DNA of 64,000 nucleotides from Patescibacteria group bacterium (GCA_043817315.1 JBDRGY010000004.1:797-64796); one strand, 5' to 3'; positions 29,261-39,839 are shown, numbered from the stretch's first letter. Translations and numbers: made by a program. The notes: generated from the letters alone by a model not told the origin.

Positions 29261-30337
29261 ATGAAAGCAATTATCATGGCGGGGGGTGGGGGCACCAGGT
29301 TGTGGCCCGCCTCCAGAGCCAACAAGCCAAAACAATCCCAAAACTTATTGGGCAATAAGACCTTATTGCAGATTACCTATAAACGGGTGCTCCAGTCTTT
29401 TAATAAGAAAGATATTTATTTAACCTTAGGCCAATCACATCTCAAAGATGTAAAAAAGGAATTACCGGGGTTTACCAAGGATAATTATTCAGTTGAGCCC
29501 TCATTAAGAGACACTGCACCGGCGATAGGTCTGATAGCCGCCGTTTTAAACAAAAGAGATCCTGATTCAGCTATGGTTACTTTGAGCTCTGACCACTTCA
29601 TCAAGGACACAGCGGCCTTTACCAAAACAATGAAGATGGCTGCCAAGATTATCAATAAGTATCCTGACTACACGGGAGTTTTGGGAATTAATCCCACTTA
29701 TCCGGAAACCGGCTATGGCTACATAAATATCGGTAAAGAAATTACTAAGGTTAATAAGGAACCCGTTTTTAGTGTTAAGAGTTTTACGGAAAAGCCCGAC
29801 TTAAAGACAGCCCAGAGATATCTAAAGAGATGGGATTATTTATGGAACTCCGGAAACTTTATCTGGAAGACAGACCATTTATTGTCTTTATTCCAAAAAT
29901 ACCAACCTCAAATTTATCGCAAGTTAATGATTTTGCAGAAATATGTTGATACACCCAGATGGCCCCAGGTGCTAAAGAAGGAATACTCTACTATAAAGAA
30001 GGTGGCCATTGAATTTGCTATCTTGGAAAAAACCAAGAAGATATTCTGCATTCCCTCGTTATTCGACTGGACCGATATCGGTCATTGGCGTTCGGTTAAA
30101 GAAGTGTTATCGGATACAGCAGAGGACAACGTCATTAGGGGCCGGCATCTGGGCATTGATACTAAAGGCTCCCTTATCTATAATCTTTCGGACAAATTAA
30201 TCACCACTGCCGGAATCGAAGACATGATTATAGTTAACACCAAAGATGCCATCCTAATCTGTCCCAAAGACAAAGCCCAAGATGTTAGGGAGATAGTCAA
30301 GAAGATAAAAAAGAAGGGTTATCGCAAGTATCTATGA
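29261..30337 (+). CDS. manC: Mannose-1-phosphate guanylyltransferase
   Basis: MAGGGGTRLWP.SR...PKQ, EP..RDTAPA, F.EKP, WNSG, W.D.G.W. Confidence 0.88.
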   Translation: MKAIIMAGGGGTRLWPASRANKPKQSQNLLGNKTLLQITYKRVLQSFNKKDIYLTLGQSHLKDVKKELPGFTKDNYSVEPSLRDTAPAIGLIAAVLNKRDPDSAMVTLSSDHFIKDTAAFTKTMKMAAKIINKYPDYTGVLGINPTYPETGYGYINIGKEITKVNKEPVFSVKSFTEKPDLKTAQRYLKRWDYLWNSGNFIWKTDHLLSLFQKYQPQIYRKLMILQKYVDTPRWPQVLKKEYSTIKKVAIEFAILEKTKKIFCIPSLFDWTDIGHWRSVKEVLSDTAEDNVIRGRHLGIDTKGSLIYNLSDKLITTAGIEDMIIVNTKDAILICPKDKAQDVREIVKKIKKKGYRKYL

Positions 30338-31065
30338 AAAGTCAATTTCAAACCGTAGACGGTCACCGAATTGAATACTACCAGCTGGGCCAAGGACAGC
30401 CCCTGTTTTTTTTACACGGTTGGGGTGCCCGGCCAGTCGCCTATAGCCAAACCATTAAAAGATTAGCCGACCGTTTCCAGGTGATCGCTCCGGTTATGCT
30501 GGGCCATGGTCGGTCCGATCCAGTTCCTCAGGATTATAAATTTCATGATTACGCCGAGGTAGTCAACCGTTTCCTAAAAAAAATGAACCCTCAAAATCCG
30601 ATTGTAGTGGGGCATTCCTTAGGAGGAGCAGTCAGTATATATATTGTCGGACATAACTCCAGCATAAACAAACTATTTTTAGTTAATTCCTCCGGTTTAC
30701 ACATTGAAAGATCAGGCAGTCAATGGAGAAATCTATGGATCCGCAAAGCCTTATTCAATCTCAAATACCCTCACGGATGGCGCCAGCTTGCTTATTTTTT
30801 TCTTAATTCGGCCAAACATTTCTCTGATCTGAAGATATCAGCTCGTTTGACTCAGGGCCTGGATCTGGAAAATGTGCTACAATATATTAAAGTACCTACT
30901 TATTTACTTTGGGGGGATCGGGATTACTTCTTTCCGGTTGAGTATGCCCAGCGTTTTTGCCAGAAAATTCCCACCTGCCATCTGGAAATTATCAATAATC
31001 AAGGTCATGACTGGTGTTTGGTCAGGCCCCAATTATTTAGTGAAGTTTTTTCCAAATATGCCTAA
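30334..31065 (+). CDS. Alpha/beta hydrolase
   Basis: FLHGW, GHSLGG, WG..D, GH. Confidence 0.88.
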   Translation: MKSQFQTVDGHRIEYYQLGQGQPLFFLHGWGARPVAYSQTIKRLADRFQVIAPVMLGHGRSDPVPQDYKFHDYAEVVNRFLKKMNPQNPIVVGHSLGGAVSIYIVGHNSSINKLFLVNSSGLHIERSGSQWRNLWIRKALFNLKYPHGWRQLAYFFLNSAKHFSDLKISARLTQGLDLENVLQYIKVPTYLLWGDRDYFFPVEYAQRFCQKIPTCHLEIINNQGHDWCLVRPQLFSEVFSKYA

Positions 31066-32089
31066 GATAAAAAAAGTCACAATTATTATTATAGTTCTGG
31101 TCATTGTCGGAATTTTTTACCTTTTGCAATTGACCTACCAAATCAATTCTAAAAACAGTGATGCTACTGATTCCGTATTTTTTTCCATCGAGCCAGGCCA
31201 GGGCGTCAATGAGATCAGCTTCAATCTGCATGAGGCGGGATTAATCAAAAGTCAGTTTGCTTTTGAGGTTTATTTATGGTTTACCCGTTCCGAGTCAGAT
31301 TTAAAAGCCGGGGAGTTCCAGATCGGCAAAGACATGAGCACTAAAGAGGTCATTCGCATTTTAGTTGACGGTTCCAATTCCAATGAAAGCGTCATCCAAA
31401 TAATTGAAGGCTGGAGAGTTACTGAAATAGCTGAGTATTTGGCGGAGAAGGGAATTGTCTCTGCCAATGATTTTGTGGAAGCGGTATCGGTTCAGGACTC
31501 CAGAACACTTATTCCTGATAAAAATTATGATTTTCTCAGCGACCGCAGCTTGCTGGCTGATTTGGAAGGATATCTTTTTCCTGACACCTACCGGGTATTT
31601 AAAGACTCTGAGGCCGCAGACATTGTAGAGAAGATGTTGGACAACTTTGACTCCAAGCTGACCCAAGAAATGCAGCAGGAAATTGCCAAGCAGGGAAAGA
31701 CCATTTTTGAAATTGTAACCCTGGCTTCTGTTTTGGAAAAAGAATTGCGTACCGATACAGACAGAAAGATGGCGGCTGATTTATTCTACCGCCGCATTGC
31801 TGCAGGGATTCCCATGCAATCTGATGCCACAGTCAATTACGTAACCGGAAAAAGTATGTTGCAGCCTACTTATACAGACACTCAAACCGAATCTCCTTAT
31901 AACACTTATTTATATCGAGGCTTACCACCAGGTCCCATTTGTAATCCATCGCTTTCTTCAATCCAGGCAGCTATTTACCCTGAGGGTAATCAATACTGGT
32001 ATTATCTGAATAAGCCTGACGGCACCACGGTTTTCAGCAAAACTTTAGAAGAACACAATAGTAATAAGATTAAGTACTTGAGTGATTAA
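31058..32089 (+). CDS. mltG: Endolytic transglycosylase MltG
   Basis: LEGYLFPDTY, LAS..EKE, SPYNTY...GLPPGPI.NP. Confidence 0.95.
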   Translation: MPKIKKVTIIIIVLVIVGIFYLLQLTYQINSKNSDATDSVFFSIEPGQGVNEISFNLHEAGLIKSQFAFEVYLWFTRSESDLKAGEFQIGKDMSTKEVIRILVDGSNSNESVIQIIEGWRVTEIAEYLAEKGIVSANDFVEAVSVQDSRTLIPDKNYDFLSDRSLLADLEGYLFPDTYRVFKDSEAADIVEKMLDNFDSKLTQEMQQEIAKQGKTIFEIVTLASVLEKELRTDTDRKMAADLFYRRIAAGIPMQSDATVNYVTGKSMLQPTYTDTQTESPYNTYLYRGLPPGPICNPSLSSIQAAIYPEGNQYWYYLNKPDGTTVFSKTLEEHNSNKIKYLSD

Positions 32090-32090
32090 A

Positions 32091-32771
32091 ATGAAAACAA
32101 TAGTATTATCTTTAGGCGGTTCCTTGATTATCCCTAGTGATAATATCGACATCAACTACCTCAAAAAGTTCCGTAAGTTTATCTTGTCCTTGGTCAAGAA
32201 GAAATATCGAGTGATTATCGTAGCCGGTGGGGGACGGGTTAACTCCAAATATAATAAAGCAGCCCAGCAATTAGCCAGAATCAGCGATGAAGATTTACAT
32301 TGGATCGGCATCAAGGCAACACATCTTAATGCGGAACTTCTAAGGTCAATCTTTTCCCAGTGGGCTTTCCCTAAAGTGGTAGTAAATCCTACCACCAGGA
32401 TAAAAACCAATAAGCCGATAATAATTGGAGCTGGATGGCTGCCGGGCTGTTCCACGGATAAAGATGCGGTGCTCTTGGCTATCAATTTTAAAGCCAAGGA
32501 AGTGATCAATCTGACGGATGTCGATTATGTCTATGATAAAGACCCGGATAAACATAAAGATGCCAAACCGATCAAGCAGATATCCTGGCCAGAATACAAG
32601 AAAATGTTTGGTGAAGTGGTAAAACCACGAATGTCTTCTCCCTTTGACCCCGTGGCCACTAAATTGGCTTGTCACCAGGGAATCAAAGTAGTAATATTAA
32701 ACGGTCGCAAGCTGAAAAATCTGAATAATCATCTATCAAATAATAAGTATTTAGGAACAGTAATAAAATAG
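32091..32771 (+). CDS. pyrH: UMP kinase (archaeal-type)
   Basis: VLSLGGS, GGG, PG.STD, T.VD.VY.KDP, FDPVA. Confidence 0.88.
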   Translation: MKTIVLSLGGSLIIPSDNIDINYLKKFRKFILSLVKKKYRVIIVAGGGRVNSKYNKAAQQLARISDEDLHWIGIKATHLNAELLRSIFSQWAFPKVVVNPTTRIKTNKPIIIGAGWLPGCSTDKDAVLLAINFKAKEVINLTDVDYVYDKDPDKHKDAKPIKQISWPEYKKMFGEVVKPRMSSPFDPVATKLACHQGIKVVILNGRKLKNLNNHLSNNKYLGTVIK

Positions 32772-32772
32772 T

Positions 32773-33102
32773 ATGGCGGAAATCGAAAAAATTGGGGAAG
32801 AAAGTTTTATTGCTTTCGATAAGAAAAATATTTCCAAGGTACCGCATGTAGCCGGTATTATTGAGTTGGCCAATTTGGAACGAGAGGTCATCTATATTGA
32901 TTCCTCTCCGGATATCAATAAAAAACTGTTTGAATTGATTGATTCGTATGACCCTTGCCTGGATAATGCAAAATTTTACCGCATTGAAATTAATCCCGGA
33001 GTTGATCAAGGTTTATTAAAAGCTTTTCAGCGCTATAAAGAGGCTCACGAGAACCATATTCCCCGTTGCAATCGTATGGATCCCACTCGTCGAGTGAAAT
33101 AA
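32773..33102 (+). CDS. Degenerate GIY-YIG-like protein, copy 1
   Basis: SKVP..AGIIELA...EVIYI..PCL..A..PRCN. Confidence 0.7.
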   Translation: MAEIEKIGEESFIAFDKKNISKVPHVAGIIELANLEREVIYIDSSPDINKKLFELIDSYDPCLDNAKFYRIEINPGVDQGLLKAFQRYKEAHENHIPRCNRMDPTRRVK

Positions 33103-33113
33103 TACTAATTCAT

Positions 33114-33437
33114 ATGGTGGAAGTAGAAAAAACAGGCGAGAGCTACATTAGGCTCGAAGAAAAGGCCGTATCCAAAGTTCCAACTGTGGCCGGCACTTTT
33201 GTCCTAGCCGATAAAGCCAGAGAGATTATCTACATCGGCATGGCTAAAAATCTGAATAAAGCACTGATGGATACTCTCGAAGGTTACAATTCCTGCCTGA
33301 CCAAGGCCAATTACTTCCAAATTTCCATAAATCCCAACCCCAAAGAAGGAGTGACTAATCTTTTTATCGAGTACAAAGAAGAACATGGTGGCTTTATCCC
33401 TAGGTGCAATAAATACGATCTCTCTCTTGGTAGATAA
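33114..33437 (+). CDS. Degenerate GIY-YIG-like protein, copy 2
   Basis: SKVP..AGTFVLAD..IIYIG..NL..SCL..A..PRCN; start moved to ATG 33114. Confidence 0.7.
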   Translation: MVEVEKTGESYIRLEEKAVSKVPTVAGTFVLADKAREIIYIGMAKNLNKALMDTLEGYNSCLTKANYFQISINPNPKEGVTNLFIEYKEEHGGFIPRCNKYDLSLGR

Positions 33438-33473
33438 TAAAAAATAATTGAAGGTAATTTAAATAACCATACT

Positions 33474-33809
33474 ATGGCAGGAATTGAAAAAATCGGTGAT
33501 GACTTTCTGCCTTTTAATGATAGGACCGTTTCCAAAGTGCCAGGCGTGGCTGGTACTTTTATCTTGGCTGATAAAGCTAGACAGATTGTCTACATCGGCT
33601 TTGGTACTAATCTGAACAAAATGTTGATGGATGTCAAAAAAACCGGCAATATGTGTTTGGGCAGGGCCAGCTTTTATCAAATTGCCATGAACCCTAGTCC
33701 GCTAGAAGGAGCAGCCCGGATTTTCTCAGATTACAAAGAGGCCCATAGCGGAATGATACCCCGCTGTAATAAGTATGATTTGTCGGTTAATATCGGCCGA
33801 TTGCCTTGA
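33474..33809 (+). CDS. Degenerate GIY-YIG-like protein, copy 3
   Basis: SKVP..AGTFILAD..IVYIG..NL..MCL..A..PRCN. Confidence 0.7.
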   Translation: MAGIEKIGDDFLPFNDRTVSKVPGVAGTFILADKARQIVYIGFGTNLNKMLMDVKKTGNMCLGRASFYQIAMNPSPLEGAARIFSDYKEAHSGMIPRCNKYDLSVNIGRLP

Positions 33810-33878
33810 CCCCGTCGCTCGCGAGCGACAGGGTTGACAAGTATTTCTGACACTATATAATTGATTTACATCTAAATA

Positions 33879-33927
33879 GCCGCAGACAATAGGTATCCCC
33901 TAAAAAGGGAATAAACCCTATCTAGGC
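33879..33927 (+). promoter_or_regulatory. Ribosomal protein L10 leader (autoregulatory RNA)
   Basis: GCC-GCAGACAATAGGT..hairpin..TAAACCCTAT-CTAGGC upstream of rplJ, resembling the L10 leader consensus. Confidence 0.7.
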
Positions 33928-33976
33928 AATATACCTAACAGGGTCTGTGGTTATCCACAGATTTTTTAATAATATT

Positions 33977-34498
33977 ATGGCCAAAACCAAGCAAAGAAAA
34001 AAAGAAGATATTAAGAATCTCGAAGCTAAATTTAAGGAAGCCAAGACTATTGTTTTTGTTGACTATAAAGGTCTGGCAGTCAAAGAAGTAGAAGAGTTAA
34101 GGAAGAATCTTCGCGACAATCAAATAGATTACGTAGTATCCAAAAAGTCCTTAGCCAATATTGCCGCTGAAGAAGCTGGCTATCAGGATGTGGATCTTAA
34201 GAAGTTAGAGGGTCAACTGGCCATAGGATTTGGCCAACAAGAAGTTTTGCCTGCTAAATTGCTTTATCAGTTTGCAGTGCAACACGAGTCGTTAAAGTTA
34301 CTGGCTGGTTTGGTTGATGGCAAAATGGTTGACCAAGAGAGGATTACGGCCTTGGCTCAATTACCAACCAAGGAGGAGCTATTAGCCAAAATGGTCGGCT
34401 CTATCAAGGCTCCAATTTCCGGCTTGCTCAATGTACTACAGGGAAATATGAGGTCTCTGGTTTATGCCCTCAAAGCCATAGCAGAATCAAAAAGTTAA
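33977..34498 (+). CDS. rplJ: 50S ribosomal protein L10
   Basis: DYKGL.V..LRK.L, LAQLPT.EELL; followed by rplL. Confidence 0.96.
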   Translation: MAKTKQRKKEDIKNLEAKFKEAKTIVFVDYKGLAVKEVEELRKNLRDNQIDYVVSKKSLANIAAEEAGYQDVDLKKLEGQLAIGFGQQEVLPAKLLYQFAVQHESLKLLAGLVDGKMVDQERITALAQLPTKEELLAKMVGSIKAPISGLLNVLQGNMRSLVYALKAIAESKS

Positions 34499-34523
34499 TT
34501 ATAAGTAAGATAAAGGAGTAAAT

Positions 34524-34964
34524 ATGACAGATGAATCAAAACAGGAGGAAGTTAAAGAAGAGAAAGAAGAAAAAAAGGAAGTTGAAGTTCCCGCCAAGTT
34601 TCAAGACATTGTAACCAAGATTGAAGGTCTTTCCGTGGTTGATTTGGCAGAATTGGTTACCATCCTGGAAGACAAATTTGGTGTCTCGGCTGCTGCTCCG
34701 GTAATGGCCGTGGCCCCTGGTGCCGTAGCCGGACAGGCAGAAGCAGAGGAGAAATCTTCCTTTGACGTTGAGCTAACCGAAGCCGGCGGTAATAAGATTT
34801 CCGTAATTAAAGTGGTCAGGGAAGTAACTCAAAAAGGTTTGAAAGACGCCAAGGACTTAGTTGACGCTGCCCCCAAAGTGATCAAAGAAGGGGCAACCAA
34901 GGAAGAAGCCGAAGATATCAAGAAGAAAGTCGAAGAAGCAGGCGGTCAGGTTACTCTAAAGTAG
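34524..34964 (+). CDS. rplL: 50S ribosomal protein L7/L12
   Basis: [28 protein letters not shown]. Confidence 0.98.
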   Translation: MTDESKQEEVKEEKEEKKEVEVPAKFQDIVTKIEGLSVVDLAELVTILEDKFGVSAAAPVMAVAPGAVAGQAEAEEKSSFDVELTEAGGNKISVIKVVREVTQKGLKDAKDLVDAAPKVIKEGATKEEAEDIKKKVEEAGGQVTLK

Positions 34965-35028
34965 ATTGCAATAACAAAAAAGGACCGAAGAGGATATGCT
35001 CTGTCGGTCTTTTTTATTTCAGTAATTA

Positions 35029-37287
35029 TTATAGGCTGATTTGGAATAGCTTAGTTTTATTAAGTAGGTAGATTGTTGCTTCATCATCGGTAACCACAAA
35101 GTCTTTGAGTCCATCAAATTGATCCGATCGGTATTGATTTATCAACAGACCTTTTTTATCCAGTATCACTAAGCGATTATTTTCTGGATCTAGAACGTAG
35201 ATGTTGTCCAGTTCCGACCGAGTGTAGATGCGAGTGGAGTTGGATAGGGAGGGCTCAAACTGACCAAGGGTAAATTCATCTTTAGCCCCCTGGGTCAATT
35301 TCCAGATCTGGCCGTCAGCCTTTAAGACATAAATATTACCATCGATAGTTATTGAAGTTGCATCGGTCAGATCCAATTCTTCAGTTATCCAGGATTGACC
35401 AGAAGCATACCCGGTAGCAGTGGCATTGTGGCGGAAGATTTGATTATTCTTGGTGTCAAGAATATAAAGCCGTCCCGCGAAACTTTCTAAGTATCCGACT
35501 TGCTTATCTTGGTTGGCAAAGCTAATTTCTCTCTCGACCAGACTACCATCAGCCAAGGCAAATCTGGCAATCTTATCAGAATTGGTGTAGAACACAATAT
35601 AGTTATTATCCGAAGGAATAGCCTTCATCTGGAGGTTGCCGATTTCTTCCGTGGTATTAGTCACAATATCGGATTCTTTAGTCTCCAGATCATAACCGTA
35701 GATAGAATTATTATTGGGATTAAATGAATATATTTTGCCATTGATTAAAGTAATTCCTCTAACTGCAGCTCCTTCTTCGGCCGTGGCGAAATCAAACACT
35801 TCGGTAGGTTCAGTAATATTATTGATATGATTTATTTTATCTGACTTTTCTCGAATTGACTTATTAAACTGAGCAATCTGATCTTGGAATTGTTTTTTAT
35901 CCGGTAATTGGCCGACCAGATCCCGGGCAACATTGAGGATAGCCAGGGCTTTTTGGTCGTCTCCGTAGATAAGGGTGGCATCAATCTCGGCCAACTTTTG
36001 ATCAATGTCGGTAATTATCTGATTGTATTCTGTGGTTACTTTTTCTTTCTCCTGTCCCTCTCCTAGCGTAACTATGCTTTGGGCGAAACCGAATATGAGG
36101 ACAAAAGCAATGATCAGCAAGGCCTTTCTCTGAGTGGGTAGGCCCCGGAATTGTTCAATCCAGGTGGCCAGATTAACCGCCACTTTATCGGGAAAACTTT
36201 TTAGTTGCTGACGGGATGTTTTCCAGTTTTTGAAAAAGTTATAGATCCCCAAAAGTCCTTTGGTGATCAGTAGGAAGATGCCTTTGATAATATTCCAAAA
36301 AACCATGGCAATTCTTAGCAGCAGGTTGCCCTCCTTTTCTTCTTTGTATTTGGGTTCCTGGCTGGGGCGTACTTTCTCGGGATAAGATTTCTCTTCTTTG
36401 GTCTGGCGCAGGACTTTCTCATTAAAAAATGCCCTGGCCTTATCCGTGCTGGCCAGCAAGTTTTTCTTAACAGCCGGCCACAAAGAGGGGGTAAGTAATT
36501 CGGAAGTTTGTCGCTCTCTGGTTTGTAATTCGTCCATTGAAACTTGAGGAGCCGAGTACTGTGAATGTTCCAGATGGAGGGGCATATAGGTTTTCTTGGC
36601 CTCTGCTTCGGTCAGGGCATGAACGATTAGGGCGGCAAAAGTAGTTCTCTGGTTGGTATCAATCAGCAAGTTTTCAATGTAGGCGGCAGCGTCCTGAGGC
36701 CGGGAACCGGAAATTGTTCTTTTAAGTTTTTCTTGGGAGACAAAATCAAAAAGGCTGCTGGTGGCACAAAGCAAATAATCACCTTCGGCCAGCTGTCCCG
36801 AGACGATATTGGCAAATATTTTTAGAGGATTAATTTCTATTTCGGCAGGAGTTTGAGAAGCCTCCAGGATATCGACAATCTTGGGTCCGTGAATTAATAA
36901 GGCTTTCATGGTTCCCAGCTGAGTAAGGTGAAGTTCGTTATCTTTGATAACGGCGATAATAATATTCAGTTTATCCACCCAGTTGGTCAAACCGTCCTGG
37001 ATAAGTTGGTGCAGTTTTTCATTGGTTTTCTGCAGGGCGTTTTCAAAAGCAGTCTCAATGTTAAGATCAGACGATTGATAATAATGTTTTTTGACTTCTT
37101 CTTGAATGGTGTTGATGATATCCTGATTTATCCTGTCCTGGGAGTGGATGTCGGTAATAATCAGTAGTTTTCCAAAAGTGTCTTCTTCCACCGGGGTGGG
37201 ATGGGAAATATAAACATTGCCGGTTGACTGTGATTTGTCCGGGTCGTATATAAGAAACTTGTCTACAACGATAGTGGTTTTACTCAT
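35029..37287 (-). CDS. Large membrane protein: degenerate PP2C-like N-terminus, TM, C-terminal beta-propeller
   Basis: N-terminal PP2C-like layout (GDYLLCATS in place of CSDG), central TM helices, NHL-like IYVLD..N repeats; start moved to 37287. Confidence 0.65.
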   Translation of the reverse strand: MSKTTIVVDKFLIYDPDKSQSTGNVYISHPTPVEEDTFGKLLIITDIHSQDRINQDIINTIQEEVKKHYYQSSDLNIETAFENALQKTNEKLHQLIQDGLTNWVDKLNIIIAVIKDNELHLTQLGTMKALLIHGPKIVDILEASQTPAEIEINPLKIFANIVSGQLAEGDYLLCATSSLFDFVSQEKLKRTISGSRPQDAAAYIENLLIDTNQRTTFAALIVHALTEAEAKKTYMPLHLEHSQYSAPQVSMDELQTRERQTSELLTPSLWPAVKKNLLASTDKARAFFNEKVLRQTKEEKSYPEKVRPSQEPKYKEEKEGNLLLRIAMVFWNIIKGIFLLITKGLLGIYNFFKNWKTSRQQLKSFPDKVAVNLATWIEQFRGLPTQRKALLIIAFVLIFGFAQSIVTLGEGQEKEKVTTEYNQIITDIDQKLAEIDATLIYGDDQKALAILNVARDLVGQLPDKKQFQDQIAQFNKSIREKSDKINHINNITEPTEVFDFATAEEGAAVRGITLINGKIYSFNPNNNSIYGYDLETKESDIVTNTTEEIGNLQMKAIPSDNNYIVFYTNSDKIARFALADGSLVEREISFANQDKQVGYLESFAGRLYILDTKNNQIFRHNATATGYASGQSWITEELDLTDATSITIDGNIYVLKADGQIWKLTQGAKDEFTLGQFEPSLSNSTRIYTRSELDNIYVLDPENNRLVILDKKGLLINQYRSDQFDGLKDFVVTDDEATIYLLNKTKLFQISL

Positions 37288-37392
37288 ATTTATACCTATA
37301 TTATGATACGAATATGCTTCTAAGGCAAATGGCTTGAATTTGTGGGGCAACAATATTATACTATAAATATAACAACTAATAAATGCGGGAAA

Positions 37393-37959
37393 ATGCTTGA
37401 ACACTTATTTGGTTCACGGACCAGAGTTAAATTGCTTCGATTATTTCTGTCCAATCAGGAAAGAGCCTTTTTTGTCCGGGAATTAACTCGCAAAATTAAT
37501 GAGCGTATAAATTCTGTTAGGCGCGAACTGACCAATTTAGAGAAAATAGGAATTATTATCAAGAGAACAGAGAAGAGAAAAGTTTATTACCAAGTCGATA
37601 AAGAACACATCCTTTATCAGGAATTAAGAACTTTGATCTTAAAAGCGGAAGTTGGCTTGGAGAGAAGCTTGGCCCGTACCATTAAGAATATCGGAAATGT
37701 TCGGCTGATGGTTTTAACCGGTATGTTTACCGGCATGAAAGAAGAAACCCAGACTGACATGTTAATCGTGGGTACAATTAACCGAAAAAAGTTAGCTAAC
37801 CTGATGATAAAGTTTCAGACTGACTTTGGTCGTCAGATCAACTATACCGTGATGACTTCCAAAGAATACAAATACCGCAGTGATTTAACGGACCGATTTT
37901 TATTCAACATTCTGGAGAACAATAAAGTTGTCTTGGTGGATAAGATAAATACGGAATAA
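37393..37959 (+). CDS. wHTH plus nucleotidyltransferase-like domain protein
   Basis: LFGSRTRVKLL..FVRELTR..NSVRREL; TDMLIVG; INYTVM. Confidence 0.7.
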   Translation: MLEHLFGSRTRVKLLRLFLSNQERAFFVRELTRKINERINSVRRELTNLEKIGIIIKRTEKRKVYYQVDKEHILYQELRTLILKAEVGLERSLARTIKNIGNVRLMVLTGMFTGMKEETQTDMLIVGTINRKKLANLMIKFQTDFGRQINYTVMTSKEYKYRSDLTDRFLFNILENNKVVLVDKINTE

Positions 37960-37969
37960 GGTAGATCAG

Positions 37970-39217
37970 ATGAATAAAATTGCCACCCCAACCCTCCAAC
38001 GTTTGCTGGCCTCCCACGGGCTACAAGCAGCCGGCAAAACATTCGTAGATATCTTTATGGGTATTTACATTTGGAAACTGACAGAGGACCTGACACTGGT
38101 TGCTCTGTTTTTTTTACCTTTTGTTATTGTCCATACTATCTCCTTTACCCTGTTTGCCAATCCCGTCAAGAGGGGACACATCCATGTACCTCGCCGCATC
38201 GGTTTACTGGGGGTGATGTCAATTGTGGTTATTGTTGCCTTCTTGGGAGAAAGATCGATTGACTACCTTATGCCAATTGCCATAGGATACGGCCTTTTTA
38301 ACGGCATGTATTGGATCAGCTATCACGTTTTAAGATTTGATCTGACCAGGCCAGCCAACAGGGGTAATTACATTGGCATGGAAAAGGCAATTAAGAGGAT
38401 AGTTGGCGTAGTGATGCCGGCTCTGGGCGGTTCTTTAATAGCTCTCAACTTGTTTGATCTAAACTACGGAGCTGTATTTATCTTCACCGGGTTTCTCTAT
38501 TTATTATCCTTTTTCATCGGTAACGTAAAAATAAAGCACAAAAAGATGGGGGCACCACTTCATCTACGGGAAACGATTAAGGTGCTGCGGAAGAATAAAG
38601 ACATAGTTAAAGCGACGACTGCTTATATTTTTACAGGGATAAGCCGGGGCGGGGCTATGCAGAAACTAATCCCAATATTAATATTTGATATTCTAAACAG
38701 CGAATTTCAATTAGGAGGATGGCTTTCCCTTGTTTCTGTTGTATCGATTATCATGTCTGTTTTGGTCGGCAAATTTTTACATTATCGACATTACCGAAAA
38801 GCCATATCTATTGCCGGAGTGATTTTCTTTATATCAATTCTATCATTAGTAGGAGTGCCGGGATTGGTCACTTATCTAGTTTTTGCCATTGTTAAAGGAT
38901 TGGTCATATTGTATATAACAATACCGAAACAGGTTGTGAGTGATAACCTGATTCACAGCGTCGAAGACCACAATGCTCATCGAGTTGAATACATCGTGAT
39001 TAGAGAATGGTTTGGTGTCGGTCTGGGTCGGACCTTTAGTTATATCATGCTGCTATTCGCTGTAGGTGTTGGTGGCACTGAGCTAAAGATAATTTTGACA
39101 ATCATGGCCTTTGCAGCATTGGCAGAGGTTTGGTTACTGGGCTCTATCAACAAAAACTGGTATACCAAGAAAGATTGGCATGGCATCTCTTGGTCAAAAA
39201 GCGAGAACTTACAATGA
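37970..39217 (+). CDS. MFS transporter
   Basis: About 12 TM helices, T...RG.Y.G motif. Confidence 0.8.
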   Translation: MNKIATPTLQRLLASHGLQAAGKTFVDIFMGIYIWKLTEDLTLVALFFLPFVIVHTISFTLFANPVKRGHIHVPRRIGLLGVMSIVVIVAFLGERSIDYLMPIAIGYGLFNGMYWISYHVLRFDLTRPANRGNYIGMEKAIKRIVGVVMPALGGSLIALNLFDLNYGAVFIFTGFLYLLSFFIGNVKIKHKKMGAPLHLRETIKVLRKNKDIVKATTAYIFTGISRGGAMQKLIPILIFDILNSEFQLGGWLSLVSVVSIIMSVLVGKFLHYRHYRKAISIAGVIFFISILSLVGVPGLVTYLVFAIVKGLVILYITIPKQVVSDNLIHSVEDHNAHRVEYIVIREWFGVGLGRTFSYIMLLFAVGVGGTELKIILTIMAFAALAEVWLLGSINKNWYTKKDWHGISWSKSENLQ

Positions 39218-39837
39218 AATACCTTACTGTTTACAAAAAATTTAGAAAGAATATTGCCAAATTTCCCGATAAGGAAAAGGAAAAGATTTGGCAAGCTTAT
39301 TTATACGCCAAGAAGTATCATAAAGGACAAATATGTTATCCCGGCTTTCCTTTTATCATTCATCCTATGGGTGCTGCTAATTTCTTGATGGAATTTGGGT
39401 ATTGGGAGCACGAAATGGTTATGAGTGCTTTACTGCACGACGTGGTAGAAGACACACCAGCTACATTAAAAGAGGTTAAGAAGAAATTCGGTAATCGAGT
39501 TTATCGGCTGGTTAGGGGCAATACCAGAATAAAACCAAAAAGCGAGACAACTCAATTAATTCGATTCAGAAATAAAATTGCCAAGTTCCGTAAAACAATG
39601 AAAGCCAGCAAGGAAATAAGAGCTATTAAATGCTGTGATTTGCTTTTTAACGTATCTTGGTGGCGTTACAATCCCAAAAAAAGTTGGCAGACGGATAAAT
39701 TCCCCCGACGCATAAAGGAAGCACAAGCACTATATTTACCATTGGCCCAAAAGACGGATAGGAGAATATATCTTCGAATGAAAAAAGAGTATGCTAAATT
39801 CTTAAAATGGTACGGTAAAAAACCTAAGTTTCCTTAA
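39214..39837 (+). CDS. HD-domain protein, RelA/SpoT-hydrolase (Mesh1/SAH)-like
   Basis: H.GQ, PFIIHP, ALLHDVVEDT, FG..V..LV, IK..D...N. Confidence 0.75.
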   Translation: MKYLTVYKKFRKNIAKFPDKEKEKIWQAYLYAKKYHKGQICYPGFPFIIHPMGAANFLMEFGYWEHEMVMSALLHDVVEDTPATLKEVKKKFGNRVYRLVRGNTRIKPKSETTQLIRFRNKIAKFRKTMKASKEIRAIKCCDLLFNVSWWRYNPKKSWQTDKFPRRIKEAQALYLPLAQKTDRRIYLRMKKEYAKFLKWYGKKPKFP

Positions 39838-39839
39838 AG

